Source: Microcoleus sp.
Lineage (GTDB): Bacteria; Cyanobacteriota; Cyanobacteriia; Cyanobacteriales; Microcoleaceae
DNA: 64,000 nucleotides
Direction: 5' to 3'
NCBI GenBank assembly: GCA_052279835.1
Contig: CP181291.1
Location: 4,256,001-4,320,000, forward strand
The translations under genes and the position numbers were made by a program. Of the stretch, positions 1-10,900 are shown piece by piece (the stretch's first letter is position 1; each line of letters opens with the position of its first letter). The notes under the pieces are model-generated. The model worked only from the letters and a program-made list of their open reading frames with translations, did no database searches and was not told where the DNA came from.

Positions 1-63
1 TTTTGTAGAATACAAAGTGCTATTGTATAAACTATACCCACGTTAGAGAAGGGAGGGAGCTCT

Positions 64-714
64 ATGAAGCTTGTTATCCAGGGTAAAAATATAGAAATCA
101 CCGATGCGATTCGCGAGTACGTCAATCAAAAAGTGGAAAAGGCGGTTAGCCATTTTCAAAGTTTGACTACAGAAGTGGACATACATCTGTCGGTGGCTCG
201 TAACCCCAGGATTAATCCTAAGCAGACTGCTGAGGTGACAATTTATGCTAATGGCAGCGTAATTCGGGCTGAAGAAAGTACGGAAAGCCTCTATGCCAGT
301 ATAGATTTAGTTGCCGACAAAATAGCTCGCCAACTGAGGAAATTTAAGGAAAAACGTCAGGACAACAAAACCACTACCAATGCTAAAACCGTAGCTGTGG
401 TCGATGAACTTCCTGTGGTTGTGGATTTGATAGGCGATCGCACTCCCGAACTTCCAGCCGAGGTGGTACGGACTAAATATTTTGCCATGCCTCCGATGAC
501 TGTGCAAGAAGCTTTAGAACAATTGCAGATTATTGACCACGATTTCTATATGTTTCAGAATGCGGAAACAGGCGAAATCAACGTACTTTACGAACGCAAG
601 AGTCATGGTGGCTATGGAGTTATCCAACCTCGTAATGCCAACGGCAATGGCAATAGTAAGAATGGCAAAACTGCCCACGCTGCACATGAAAAATCAGGCG
701 CTGCGAAAGGCTAG
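64..714 (+). CDS. hpf: Ribosome hibernation promoting factor (long HPF / LrtA)
   Basis: [21 protein letters not shown]-terminus, [20 protein letters not shown] motif, C-terminal [22 protein letters not shown]30AE_C domain; GGAGG upstream. Confidence 0.95.
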   Translation: MKLVIQGKNIEITDAIREYVNQKVEKAVSHFQSLTTEVDIHLSVARNPRINPKQTAEVTIYANGSVIRAEESTESLYASIDLVADKIARQLRKFKEKRQDNKTTTNAKTVAVVDELPVVVDLIGDRTPELPAEVVRTKYFAMPPMTVQEALEQLQIIDHDFYMFQNAETGEINVLYERKSHGGYGVIQPRNANGNGNSKNGKTAHAAHEKSGAAKG

Positions 715-728
715 ATAATTGCTATCAC

Positions 729-756
729 CAAAGAGAGGACTCAACTCCTCTCTTTG
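729..756. terminator. Intrinsic terminator-like hairpin after hpf
   Basis: CAAAGAGAGGA-ctcaac-TCCTCTCTTTG perfect 11-bp stem between convergent hpf and bcp. Confidence 0.7.
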
Positions 757-829
757 TCTTACTCTACCTCTTCTCTTCCTCTGTGTTCTCTGCGCTCTCT
801 GCGGTTAAATCATTCCGATCCAATCCTAT

Positions 830-1288
830 CTAACTTTTAATACCTTCCAAAGTTTTGAGAGATTCTGCAACGTGGGCCTTAAAATCCAACATCGAGTCAA
901 AAATATGCTTGACAACACCTTGTTTATCAATCACATAAGTTACTCGACCGGGCATAATCCATAGTGTAGCTGGAACACCATATAATTGCCGAACTTTATT
1001 ACCAGCATCGCTCAACAATGTAAAAGGTAACTGATATTTAGTGGCGAATTTCTGGTGAGATTGCTGGGAATCATCGCTAATCCCAATTACTTCTGCACCG
1101 GCGTCTTGAAAAACTTGATAACTATCACGAAAAGCGCAAGCTTCTGCGGTACATCCGGGTGTGTCGTCTTTGGGATAGAAGTAAACGATAACATTTTTTT
1201 GACCACGAAAATCTTTGAGGCTGACTGATGAGCCAGTTTGCGAGGTTAAGGTGAAATCCGGCGCGATATCTCCTACTTTGACTGTCAT
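830..1288 (-). CDS. bcp: Peroxiredoxin, BCP/PrxQ family
   Basis: YFYPKDDTPGCTAEAC peroxidatic CxxxxC motif; GRVTYVID. Confidence 0.92.
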   Translation of the reverse strand: MTVKVGDIAPDFTLTSQTGSSVSLKDFRGQKNVIVYFYPKDDTPGCTAEACAFRDSYQVFQDAGAEVIGISDDSQQSHQKFATKYQLPFTLLSDAGNKVRQLYGVPATLWIMPGRVTYVIDKQGVVKHIFDSMLDFKAHVAESLKTLEGIKS

Positions 1289-1321
1289 ATTTGTTTAAGT
1301 GAGTTTTTCGTTTGTTGATTA

Positions 1322-4300
1322 TTATACAGTCTCAGTTACGCTTAACACTTCTCTTACCTTATTCAAAAAAGCCAGCGAATTAAAAATAGCACTACCACCA
1401 GCGTGAGTGAATTCAGATAAAGCACCAACTGAGTCATTGCCAATAATGCGATCGAACGGATCTAACTTGAGACTGATTTTTGGACGAGCTTCGTACCGAG
1501 AAAAGTGAAATATTGTCAAATAGTGCAGCAAAGTATCTTTGATTATACCATCATAAATCAAACCTTGACGAATATCTTCATCGTCTAGGATACCTTCATA
1601 AATATTCAATAGCGTCGAATAGGAAATCACTCCATTATAAAAGTTCTTATCCCCTTGTTCAACTTTAATCCCGTTAAACAAATTAAAAAACATAATAGCT
1701 TGTTTCCTCCTATCCACGAACAAATCGGCAAGCTCGGCTGTATCTTGAATATAAAAAGATTCTCCTCTATGCTGTTTGGGACTATGTACATAATATTTAT
1801 CAAAAAATATTGGATAAATTCTAACATCTTCCCGTTCTCCTTTCAAAACTTGGATGATATCTTTCGACATAAAAAATAATTTATCATCTGCATCATTTTG
1901 AGTAATATGCAGCGTATTCGTATAAGGTGCTTGAGACATATATAAAAAATTTCTATAGCCTCGATTATATAACTGACTGACAATATCTGCCAGAATTAAC
2001 GGCTGAGTATAAAGACGCTGAAGGCTATAGTTTTCTGAAAAAGTTTTCAGCATTCCCACCTGAATAGTACCATCTTCGTAGCGCCTGATTCCGGTGACTT
2101 CGCCAAACAAGCAGGTTTTTCTGCGATCGCGCCTCCCGCCATTTTTCCCATCGCTATCCCTAGTCGATACTGTAATAATCGCTAAATTATCCAATTCAGG
2201 AGATAACTGTACATTGTTAAATCGAAAATTTTTAGGCAGGATTGAATACAGGGAGCTTAAACCATTTTTGGCTGTCAAATGATACTTGTCACCCAGAATG
2301 CGAAATCCTTGGGAATTGGCTCGATGTTTTTCGCTCAAAATGTGACATAATACTTTAGAAAAATGTCCGATAAACTTTTCCGAAGGGGAAGGATTTTCGT
2401 GGTAGCCTTCGTGAAGTCTTACCATCGGCACAAATAAATTATTGGGTAATTTTTGTAATAAGATTTTGAGGGCAATATATGACATCAGCGAAATAGCAAA
2501 CTTGTAAACAAAAGTTGCTTGTCTTTGGAAGCCTCCATTGCTGTCTAAACGTCGGTTGTTGTAGGGAAAAACCACGGATTTATGCTGAAAACTTTTATAA
2601 AAAACATCTCTAGAGCGATCGGCTTTAGGAATCCAAAACACTGGTAAAGCCTGAATACCTTTGATATTATATTCCATGCTGAAACTTTGGGATTCATCAG
2701 TTGGGAAATACCGAACATCTTCAATCTGAATATTGACCGGAAATTGACAAATTGAGCTGTGATTAAAATTAGGTTTTTCCACAGAAATATACTGAAGCGT
2801 TTCCTTGGGATTGCGCCCCACAACCTCCTTGAAAAATTTTCCGGTTGTCAAGGTACGATCTATATTTTCAAGTAAACCTTTTTTAATCAGAATCTGCCGC
2901 GATTCTGTGCGAGATGATAGAACATTTTTATCTAAGATTGATTTTTGCAGCAATTGCTTGAGACAGTTAATTTTATAATCGACATTAATTTCTTGAAAAC
3001 GCTTAAAAAAATTGCGAAAAAGCACCTTTTTATGCTCTTCGTTAGAACTTTGCAATATCGGCAAAACTACTCGCTCAAATCCTGCGATCGGATCGTATTC
3101 TAATTCTAATTCTGGGTTGTAATCGGCTGCTAGGGGGTTTTGAGATGATGCAAAGACAAAGTGATACAAAAATGCTGTTTTTAATGCTTTGCGGAAGAAG
3201 GTTTCATGATTGGCTGGTTCCTCCAAGGCGACGAGATGTTCATCGCTGTTGGGATTTAACACATTCAAATAGTAGTCGAATACTCGATCTCCTCCCCGCG
3301 ATTGCACAGGATTGCCAAACTTGAGTTTGAGGCCAAAAATAAATTGGCGATCGCCCCCAGCATCATCCGTAGTTTCTCCTAGACTACCTGCTATAATCGG
3401 AATAATCGGAAGACTATCGAAAGCTTCCGATCGGGAAAACATATCTTTGTAATTAACCGGAGTTTCCTGATAGCTAACCAAGTAATCGCCATCAGCTTTA
3501 TTGGTATCACTGATATATCCTTCTATTAACCTCAGACGGCGGATTAAATCTTGGAGATAAATCAAACCACGCCTATTTTCTGTAGTTGAATCAATATTTT
3601 CTAAAAGATACTCCAAGTAACTAATTTTCGCTTCTTTTTTCAGTTGTCCCAGAGTTTCCCGATCCACAACTCTAACCAGTCGGTGAAAATCAGAATTTTC
3701 ATTTTGCACCATTTCCTCAAGCAGGAAATTAAGTTCTTCCTTCTCCTCTTGATTCTGAGCATTTCCAGCAATATAATTCTTTAAGCCAGCTTTCAACTCT
3801 TCTTGAAAAATATCTACATTGCGGACAGAAATAGTTACTTTATGAAACTTTAGCAGCGAATCACATTCAGAATCCAAACATTCCAGACTCAGCTTCTGTT
3901 TCTGCAAATCCTCATAACAATTATCAAAATCATACTTTAAACCTAACTGAGTTCCCTTACCTTTAAAAGACTCTAGCGGACTAATTAAACTAACTACAAA
4001 CTTGTCAAGTGTAACATTATCTCCCACAGCAGATTGTAATTGTTGGCGCAAACAAGCCTCTACTTCCCTAACTTGACTCCGAAAGCGCACCTCAACTTCC
4101 GGCACAAAATTCACCGTGGCAGAATCTGCTTGATTTTCACAATTACCCAAAGGATTTTGTACTTCTTTACAAGTAGCGACTTGATTAGCGAGGGTGTCAA
4201 TATCTATTAGCAAGCGTTTGCGATCGCCCGAAATGCTAAACGGGTTATTTCCCTGCAAAACTTCTAAAATCTTGTCCAGCAAATCGCCATAATCTACCGT

Positions 4301-4357
4301 GACTAAATCGCTATCATCTAATCTTAAAACGTTCACCCTGTCAACCCCCGATTTCAT
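1322..4357 (-). CDS. Uncharacterised 1011-aa protein, paralog of 7980-11024; C-terminal putative MID/PIWI (RNase H-fold)-like module
   Basis: Long ORF whose ATG overlaps the helicase stop (ATGA). Colinear identity blocks with the paralog: FHK.TI.V, LIRRL.LI, LPIIP.I.G.LGET, NSQG, SSLYS.LPK.F, LFFMSKD, FFDKYY, YIQDT, FFNLFNG, FHFSRYE, KLDP. CDS is certain; domain call is inference. Confidence 0.85.
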   Translation of the reverse strand: MKSGVDRVNVLRLDDSDLVTVDYGDLLDKILEVLQGNNPFSISGDRKRLLIDIDTLANQVATCKEVQNPLGNCENQADSATVNFVPEVEVRFRSQVREVEACLRQQLQSAVGDNVTLDKFVVSLISPLESFKGKGTQLGLKYDFDNCYEDLQKQKLSLECLDSECDSLLKFHKVTISVRNVDIFQEELKAGLKNYIAGNAQNQEEKEELNFLLEEMVQNENSDFHRLVRVVDRETLGQLKKEAKISYLEYLLENIDSTTENRRGLIYLQDLIRRLRLIEGYISDTNKADGDYLVSYQETPVNYKDMFSRSEAFDSLPIIPIIAGSLGETTDDAGGDRQFIFGLKLKFGNPVQSRGGDRVFDYYLNVLNPNSDEHLVALEEPANHETFFRKALKTAFLYHFVFASSQNPLAADYNPELELEYDPIAGFERVVLPILQSSNEEHKKVLFRNFFKRFQEINVDYKINCLKQLLQKSILDKNVLSSRTESRQILIKKGLLENIDRTLTTGKFFKEVVGRNPKETLQYISVEKPNFNHSSICQFPVNIQIEDVRYFPTDESQSFSMEYNIKGIQALPVFWIPKADRSRDVFYKSFQHKSVVFPYNNRRLDSNGGFQRQATFVYKFAISLMSYIALKILLQKLPNNLFVPMVRLHEGYHENPSPSEKFIGHFSKVLCHILSEKHRANSQGFRILGDKYHLTAKNGLSSLYSILPKNFRFNNVQLSPELDNLAIITVSTRDSDGKNGGRRDRRKTCLFGEVTGIRRYEDGTIQVGMLKTFSENYSLQRLYTQPLILADIVSQLYNRGYRNFLYMSQAPYTNTLHITQNDADDKLFFMSKDIIQVLKGEREDVRIYPIFFDKYYVHSPKQHRGESFYIQDTAELADLFVDRRKQAIMFFNLFNGIKVEQGDKNFYNGVISYSTLLNIYEGILDDEDIRQGLIYDGIIKDTLLHYLTIFHFSRYEARPKISLKLDPFDRIIGNDSVGALSEFTHAGGSAIFNSLAFLNKVREVLSVTETV

Positions 4358-7300
4358 ATTTCCTTAGACAAAACCAAATTGAGTACATTCAACTCATTGG
4401 AACTCAAAAGATACTTATCGGTAAATATCTTTGCCCTAATCTGTTCTAAACTGTAGCTTCTAAACACAACAAACGGGAAATCTTGATATTTATCTCCTAT
4501 AGGCAAAACATTACCAACAGGATACAGCGCTTGAATGTATTGAGTCAAGATATTTCTAAAATCTTGATATTTCTGTTCTTGGGGGTTACTAGCAAAATAT
4601 TCCCTGAATACTTCCCCAGCAATAAACGCAAATAATGGTAAGGCATAATACCGATCCTTGCGCTGACTGCTTTGCTCAAATCTCTGTGTCTTATCAACAG
4701 AGTTTGTTAGTTCTTTTACTAACTCCATGGCATCTTTAATCGCAAATTGTAAAGTCTCTGAATAAGCACTACCATAACTAATTATCTGCATATTATGCCA
4801 AAGTTCACTATTAGCATTTTTGGCTATTTTCACCAGAGGCATAATGTAGGTTTCCTCTAAGGTGTGCGATGCAATCGGTACAACTAACAAACCGCCACTC
4901 ATATATCCCAATTCCAAGTTATTAAGGTTCAATAACTTATCGAAACCTTCACTTACTAACTTAGAAAATTCATTGTTAAAGAAATCGCGCTGCGAAAGGT
5001 ATGAAGTCTGAGATTTACTATTAGACTCAACATTCTCTCTCAGTGTAAAATCAGCTTGACCGAGTAAATCTTCTAGACTATTATAGACCTGTGGTAAACG
5101 CCGATCGCTCCTATTCTTCCTGTGTTCGCTTTTCAACTTATCGATTAAGTTTTTCATTTGGGATGAGAATGTTTCACCAGCAGCAAACACAGACTTACCG
5201 CCGATGGGTATGATGATAAACTTATCTGAACCAATTTGCCCGCAACCATAAATTCGCGTCATTATAGATGCTTTCAAAACCAACAGGATATTTAAAATAC
5301 TCAGTTTACTTTCCTGTATCGATATCTCTTTATTATCTTCAAAATACACTACCCGATCGCCTAAATAGAAAATCAATTCTTTATCTTGATTATCAATCTC
5401 ATCCTTTCCGCGCCCCCGATAAATTACCTGAATCAATTCCATCAGGTTTTTCTCTATTTCAAACTTGGGAATTTCAACTAGAATGTGTTTAGCCTTGGGA
5501 AAAGATAGCCCACGACTGCCTGAAGCAGTCATAAATACTACTTTCACATTCTCTTTGCATTTTTGAACTAACTCTTTTTCTTCCTCACCAATATTAGCGT
5601 GTATTTCTATATAATCCGTTCCTTTATGAAACTCACCTCGATGCCCTCTAATCTTCTCTATCAAATTACCCAGCTTTTGTTTATCTTGAATATAAACTAT
5701 CAGTTGTTCAACATCGGATCGTTTTAAGAGAGCTTCTATATCCTGTAATATTTCGCCTTGTATTTCCTTAGTTAAATCAGTCTCTTTATCTAGCAAAGCA
5801 TCTTCATTAAATTTACAAGATTCAATAAAAACTTTGTATGTAATGCTTAAACTTTTGGCAGGATACGAGTTAGTATTAATCAGAGTTGAATCAGTACCTA
5901 GGAAATTAAAATGCTCCACCGACAGAGGCAAACCTGGATTTTTAGCTTTGCGAAAATAGATTTTATCCGGTTCCGCAGAGGTATCGCTTAAGTGTTGGCT
6001 AATTACAGCCTTGTCAACGATAGAAGCATCTGCAACAATCACCTTTGTATTAAACCCGTGAGCATTATTTTTCAATCCATAGGTGTTTAGGATATCATTG
6101 ATGCCATTTAAGAATTCGACACCTCCTTCGTCTCCCGTAATCTCATCGATCATGATAAACAAATGCTTGATGCGACTGGAGATGTCTTTCATGCGATCGG
6201 GAATAACTGTATTTGTACTTTTTATGTAAGCATTCCTAAAAATTTTCTCAAAATGTTTTAACGTATTCCCTGCATCAGTATTCTTCAAAGCTTGGATGGA
6301 AACAGTGGCGACAATGTTGTTGGAATGTTTAGTATCGATCAGGGTAGAAATGGCTTCACAAATGCTGTTAAGTACGCCCTTAGTATTCTGTCCACGATCT
6401 TCAATTACATTTTCTGTTTGTCTCTGGAGTCGGTCCGATCGCCTACCTTGACGCCTACTTTCTCTGCTATCTTGAAACCGAACAGCCTGCAATGGAAACT
6501 CTCCCTGCTGCTGATTCGAGAGATACTGCACAGTACATTTATGCCCGCTATCTTTAATTAGGTCGCTATAAGTGTTAATTGCTAATATTTTGTCATTGCA
6601 TAAATCGTCAGTACCAGGGTTTTTGAACTTGTCGATAATATCTAGATTCACCTGTTTCCTTGGACTGACATAAAAGAACAGAAATCCATCGTCTACATGG
6701 GCTGTGAGAAAATCGGCGATCGCAGTCGTCTTCCCAATACCCGGATTGCCAGTCAAAAAGATATAAGTAGCAGCAGATTCTAGAGCTTTTTTAATAAGTT
6801 CAGCGTGAGCATTCCGCAGAGTCAAAGTTCCACTTAATCCTAACTGCTGCATCAATTCATCCGGCACAATTCCCACTGAGTTGACAAAACCCTCAAGTCG
6901 CTCTGTGTGGCGCACCACATTGATTTTATCGGCCGACATTGCTAATATGTCATCAACAAACTTTTTGCCGCGATCGAAGCTGTGGTAAGCACTCCGCTTG
7001 ATTTTATTTAAAACTAGCTTGCGAGCATCCGCGATTTCTTCAGGACTAGAATCATGCTTATAAATTAGGTGACAAGTTTTCAAAACATCTAAATTTTCGG
7101 GACGGATAGACATAGCGCTAATTCCGCGATCGCTATATCCTACTGCATTAAATATTAGTGGCGAATCATCAGCAAGTATCCCAGTTTTTCGGAGAAATTG
7201 ATAAAAACTATAAGCATAACCACCAGCTTGAATTAACTTAGCACTCTCCTTATCCTCATATTTAAAAGCAGTAAAATAACTCTTCAAACCTTCCGAAAAA

Positions 7301-7983
7301 TGGACATCACAACTGTCAGTATCTATACGAAGTTTAGAAAACACACTTTTCGATCGCAAATAGTTCATATCTCGTCTCAAAGAACGTCTGATAATCTCTA
7401 AATAATCCAGATTTGTCACATCCTCAGATGTCCTAATCGAAAACACCGACAAATCTACACACAGAATCCTAAATTGCCTACGATATCGCAGTAATATTAG
7501 AGTGTCCGCTTTTAGAAACTCGCCTGTCTGCGTGTAATCTTCAATATACTGAGAAATATTTTTAATCTGGTCAAATTGAGACAGAACTTCTCCACACCAC
7601 TGTCTCTCACCCTTATCGTAAGTGCCAATACTGTTATTACCACAAAAACAGGATTGGTAATACAATATTTCCAAACGTCGTAGTTTATTTGTCTCATTCC
7701 AACCTGTAGATTGTAGGTATTCTCGAAAAAAATTTAAACCTGATAGAAAGCCTTTTTGTAGAAAAAATACACTCCACTTTTCAGCCATCTTTCTTTCCAG
7801 AGGACTGGTTATTTTATCAGTAACTTTCCTCAGCATCCTCGGAAATTCTAACTTCTGCAATTCCTGGAGGTATAAATTTTGAAAGTTATGCTTAATTTGC
7901 TTCTCTTTAATGCAAGCAAGAATCCCAATATTAAACCCAACTTCAAACAAATGCCCCAAATCTACTGCTATCTGAGATTTCAT
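4354..7983 (-). CDS. SF2 helicase-like ATPase with N-terminal putative PD-(D/E)xK-like nuclease domain
   Basis: Walker A LTGNPGIGKTT, motif Ia YVSPRKQV, Walker B IMIDEIT, motif III-like DAS, motif IV LIVYIQDK, motif V TASGSRGLSFP, motif VI QVIYRGRG; N-terminal ADTLILL..LCVDLS..QAGGY; GGGAGG SD at 7993-7998. Confidence 0.85.
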   Translation of the reverse strand: MKSQIAVDLGHLFEVGFNIGILACIKEKQIKHNFQNLYLQELQKLEFPRMLRKVTDKITSPLERKMAEKWSVFFLQKGFLSGLNFFREYLQSTGWNETNKLRRLEILYYQSCFCGNNSIGTYDKGERQWCGEVLSQFDQIKNISQYIEDYTQTGEFLKADTLILLRYRRQFRILCVDLSVFSIRTSEDVTNLDYLEIIRRSLRRDMNYLRSKSVFSKLRIDTDSCDVHFSEGLKSYFTAFKYEDKESAKLIQAGGYAYSFYQFLRKTGILADDSPLIFNAVGYSDRGISAMSIRPENLDVLKTCHLIYKHDSSPEEIADARKLVLNKIKRSAYHSFDRGKKFVDDILAMSADKINVVRHTERLEGFVNSVGIVPDELMQQLGLSGTLTLRNAHAELIKKALESAATYIFLTGNPGIGKTTAIADFLTAHVDDGFLFFYVSPRKQVNLDIIDKFKNPGTDDLCNDKILAINTYSDLIKDSGHKCTVQYLSNQQQGEFPLQAVRFQDSRESRRQGRRSDRLQRQTENVIEDRGQNTKGVLNSICEAISTLIDTKHSNNIVATVSIQALKNTDAGNTLKHFEKIFRNAYIKSTNTVIPDRMKDISSRIKHLFIMIDEITGDEGGVEFLNGINDILNTYGLKNNAHGFNTKVIVADASIVDKAVISQHLSDTSAEPDKIYFRKAKNPGLPLSVEHFNFLGTDSTLINTNSYPAKSLSITYKVFIESCKFNEDALLDKETDLTKEIQGEILQDIEALLKRSDVEQLIVYIQDKQKLGNLIEKIRGHRGEFHKGTDYIEIHANIGEEEKELVQKCKENVKVVFMTASGSRGLSFPKAKHILVEIPKFEIEKNLMELIQVIYRGRGKDEIDNQDKELIFYLGDRVVYFEDNKEISIQESKLSILNILLVLKASIMTRIYGCGQIGSDKFIIIPIGGKSVFAAGETFSSQMKNLIDKLKSEHRKNRSDRRLPQVYNSLEDLLGQADFTLRENVESNSKSQTSYLSQRDFFNNEFSKLVSEGFDKLLNLNNLELGYMSGGLLVVPIASHTLEETYIMPLVKIAKNANSELWHNMQIISYGSAYSETLQFAIKDAMELVKELTNSVDKTQRFEQSSQRKDRYYALPLFAFIAGEVFREYFASNPQEQKYQDFRNILTQYIQALYPVGNVLPIGDKYQDFPFVVFRSYSLEQIRAKIFTDKYLLSSNELNVLNLVLSKEI

Positions 7984-10900
7984 GACTGCGTACCTCCCGT
8001 TGGTGCATTTAAGACTTCTTTAACTTTGGTTAAAAACGCCAACGCATTAAACTCTGCAACCCCTCCCATATGCTTATACAAAGATAGTTTACCTACAGAT
8101 TGATCTCCTATCAAATTTTCATAAGGATCTAATTTAAAACTAATTTTAGCGTTTTTACCGCTTTCTTTTTCGTAACGAGAAAAGTGGAACAAAGTCAAAT
8201 ACTGCAAAATGTCATTTTTTAATTGAGTATCGTCAATTAATCCTTGATAAATATGTCTATCGTCCAGTATATCTTTATAGATATTCAACAAAGTAGCATA
8301 GGAAATCACCCCCCGATAATTGCGTTCTGCCTCTGCGCCTACCACCAGTCCATTAAACAGGTTGAAAAATACAATGGAGCGCTTGCTTGGGTCTTTTACT
8401 AAAGCTGTCAACTCCAGCGTATCTTGAATGTATAAAGAATTTACCACCAATTTTTCTGATAATTTGACTGCATAGTATTTATCAAAAAACATCGGGTAAA
8501 TCTTGATATCGTCGTAGTTTTCTTTGAAATATGCAATCACATCTTTCGACATGAAAAATAAAGCATCCTCTTTTTGTGTCATGTGCAAGGTGCTAGAATA
8601 GGGGGCTTTGGCAATGTAGAGAAAGTGCCTGAATCCCAATTTGTAAACTTTCCCTATTTCATCCCGCACCACAGTAGGTTCTTTAAACATCTGTTCGTGT
8701 TCGTAGGTTTCCGAGAAGGTTTTGAGCAATTGTAGCCGGACAGAACCATCTTTTTGACGAATTGCTCCGACAATTTCTCCCTGCAAATTCGACAGTTTTT
8801 GCTCGCTATTCCACCTAGCATCGCTCTCACGACTGGAAACTATAACTATAGCGAGTTTGTCCAGTTCCTTTGGAGCATCCGACGGGTTGGTAAAAGTAAA
8901 CTTTTTAGGCAACACAGAATACAGAGAACTCATCACATTAGGAGCTTTGTATTCTATATTCCTGATATCAATACCTTGAGAATTAGAGCGATGTTCTTCA
9001 TTGAGTAAATGCGATAACCTTTTAGATAAAGAACGCATGAACTCTTCTACTGGTGAATCTGACTGTTGATTGCTCAGTTGCAGGCGCAGTATGGGAATGA
9101 ATAATCTACTTTGCTTTTGCAACAACAACTTGAGGCAAGTATAGGCAAGTAAATCGAAGGTAAACCGATATACAAAAGTTTTTTTTGCATCCCATTTATT
9201 GCTAGCTAGACTATAGGTGAATTCGACTAGCTTGCGCTGTTGATAAAATCGATTGTATACTGCCGTACACTGCTGCTCATTTGGTCTTATCAGCACTGGC
9301 AGAGCTTTTACACCTGTGACATCATACTCCATACTGAAGCTTTGCAGGTCGTCAGTGGCAAAATAATGAACATCACTAATTGCGATTTTAGCTGCGAGAG
9401 TACATAGGGAATTTTCAGTAGCCTTTGCTGGACTAATAGCTATATATTTTAATACTTCTTTGGGCTTGGTTCGTAGCTCAGGCTTAAAGAATGTAGAGTT
9501 CGTAGAAATAGTTTTCATGCTATCCTCTAAAATGCTTTTTCTGACCGAAATGTGAAGCGGAAATTCTTTCGGTAAATGCTTGTGTTTCAGAAGTTTTTGT
9601 AGGAGATGCTTGAGCGTGTCTATTTTAGACGCAATATTATATTGTTCAAAACCTCTTTTGATCCCTCGCAAAAGTTTTTGCTTTGCTGCTTCATCAGACT
9701 CGTTGAAGGTTTTTAATACTTTTTCCTCAAATCCTGGAATTGGATCGTATTCTAAGTCTGAATTAACTGTATAATCTTTTACTGACGGGTCTTTCCCAGC
9801 AAAAATAAAGTAGTATAAAAATACTAACTTCAATAACTTTCTCGCAAAAATCTCTTTTCTAGTAGGGTCAGCAAGTTCGGCTTTGTGTTCCTCACTTTCT
9901 GGATCAAGCAGATTGAGATAATACTCAAAGACTGTTTTGCCACCATAGGCTTGTACTTGGTTGTTAAACTTGAGTTTGAGTCCAAAAACAAACTGGATAT
10001 CTCCTTTATTTTCGTCTTTTGTTTCTCCTAAATATCCTTCTATTTTGGGAATAATCGGTAGCATATCGAAGGATTCAGCACGAGCAAAAGCATCTCGGTA
10101 GTTCAAGTCAGTGCCGGCATAGTTAACCGAGTAATGACCGTCGCCGTTTTTGAGATTGCCGATATATTCGTCAATCAGCTTGAGACGCCGGATTAGGTCT
10201 TTTAAATAAATTATGCCCTCAGTATTGGACGGGTTATTGTTTGTGCTAAGGTTGTCTTCCAGAAATTCTAAGTAACATATCTGTGCCTGTTTTTTGAGTT
10301 TGCCGATTGTTTCTGTATCTACAATTTCTTTGATCTTGTAAAAGTCTGATTTAGGATCTTCTTCTAAATCTTGAAGAATGAAATCTAAGTCTTCTCGCTG
10401 GCTGTCACTAGCGCTAGCAAACTGAGATTTGATATAATTTTCTAAGCCTTGTTTGAGTTCGGTATTAAATGTGCTGGTTTTACCAACGGTGATAGTTAGT
10501 TTATGAAATTTTAGCAGTTCTTTGCTGCTAGGATTTTTTGTGATACTTAAGCGCTGCTTTTGCAACCCTGAATAGTTGCCAAAGGGATAGCTAAAGTCTA
10601 ATTTGGCAGAATTACTTTTAAAATGTTGCAAATCTGTAATTAAGTTAGCAACAAACTGTTCGATCGCAAGCTGTTGATTTTCTTGCTTAATAGCTGACTC
10701 TAGTCGAGCTTTTAAACTGTTTTTGATTTTGGTAATTTGACTTGGAAATCGTTCTCTGAAACCGGGAGTAAAGTTGACTGTGGCAGTACGAGCACCGCGT
10801 TGGGAAGCGCCTAAAGGATTTTCTACTCCCAAACCTGCGACTGCTTCGGCGATGCTGTCAATGTCGATGAGTAGCCGATCGCCATTACCATGTATCTTAA

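Noticed and set aside
4354..7983. Cas3 or type I/III restriction subunit call for the helicase
   Set aside because: No HD domain, DEAH box, methyltransferase, cas genes or CRISPR array in the window
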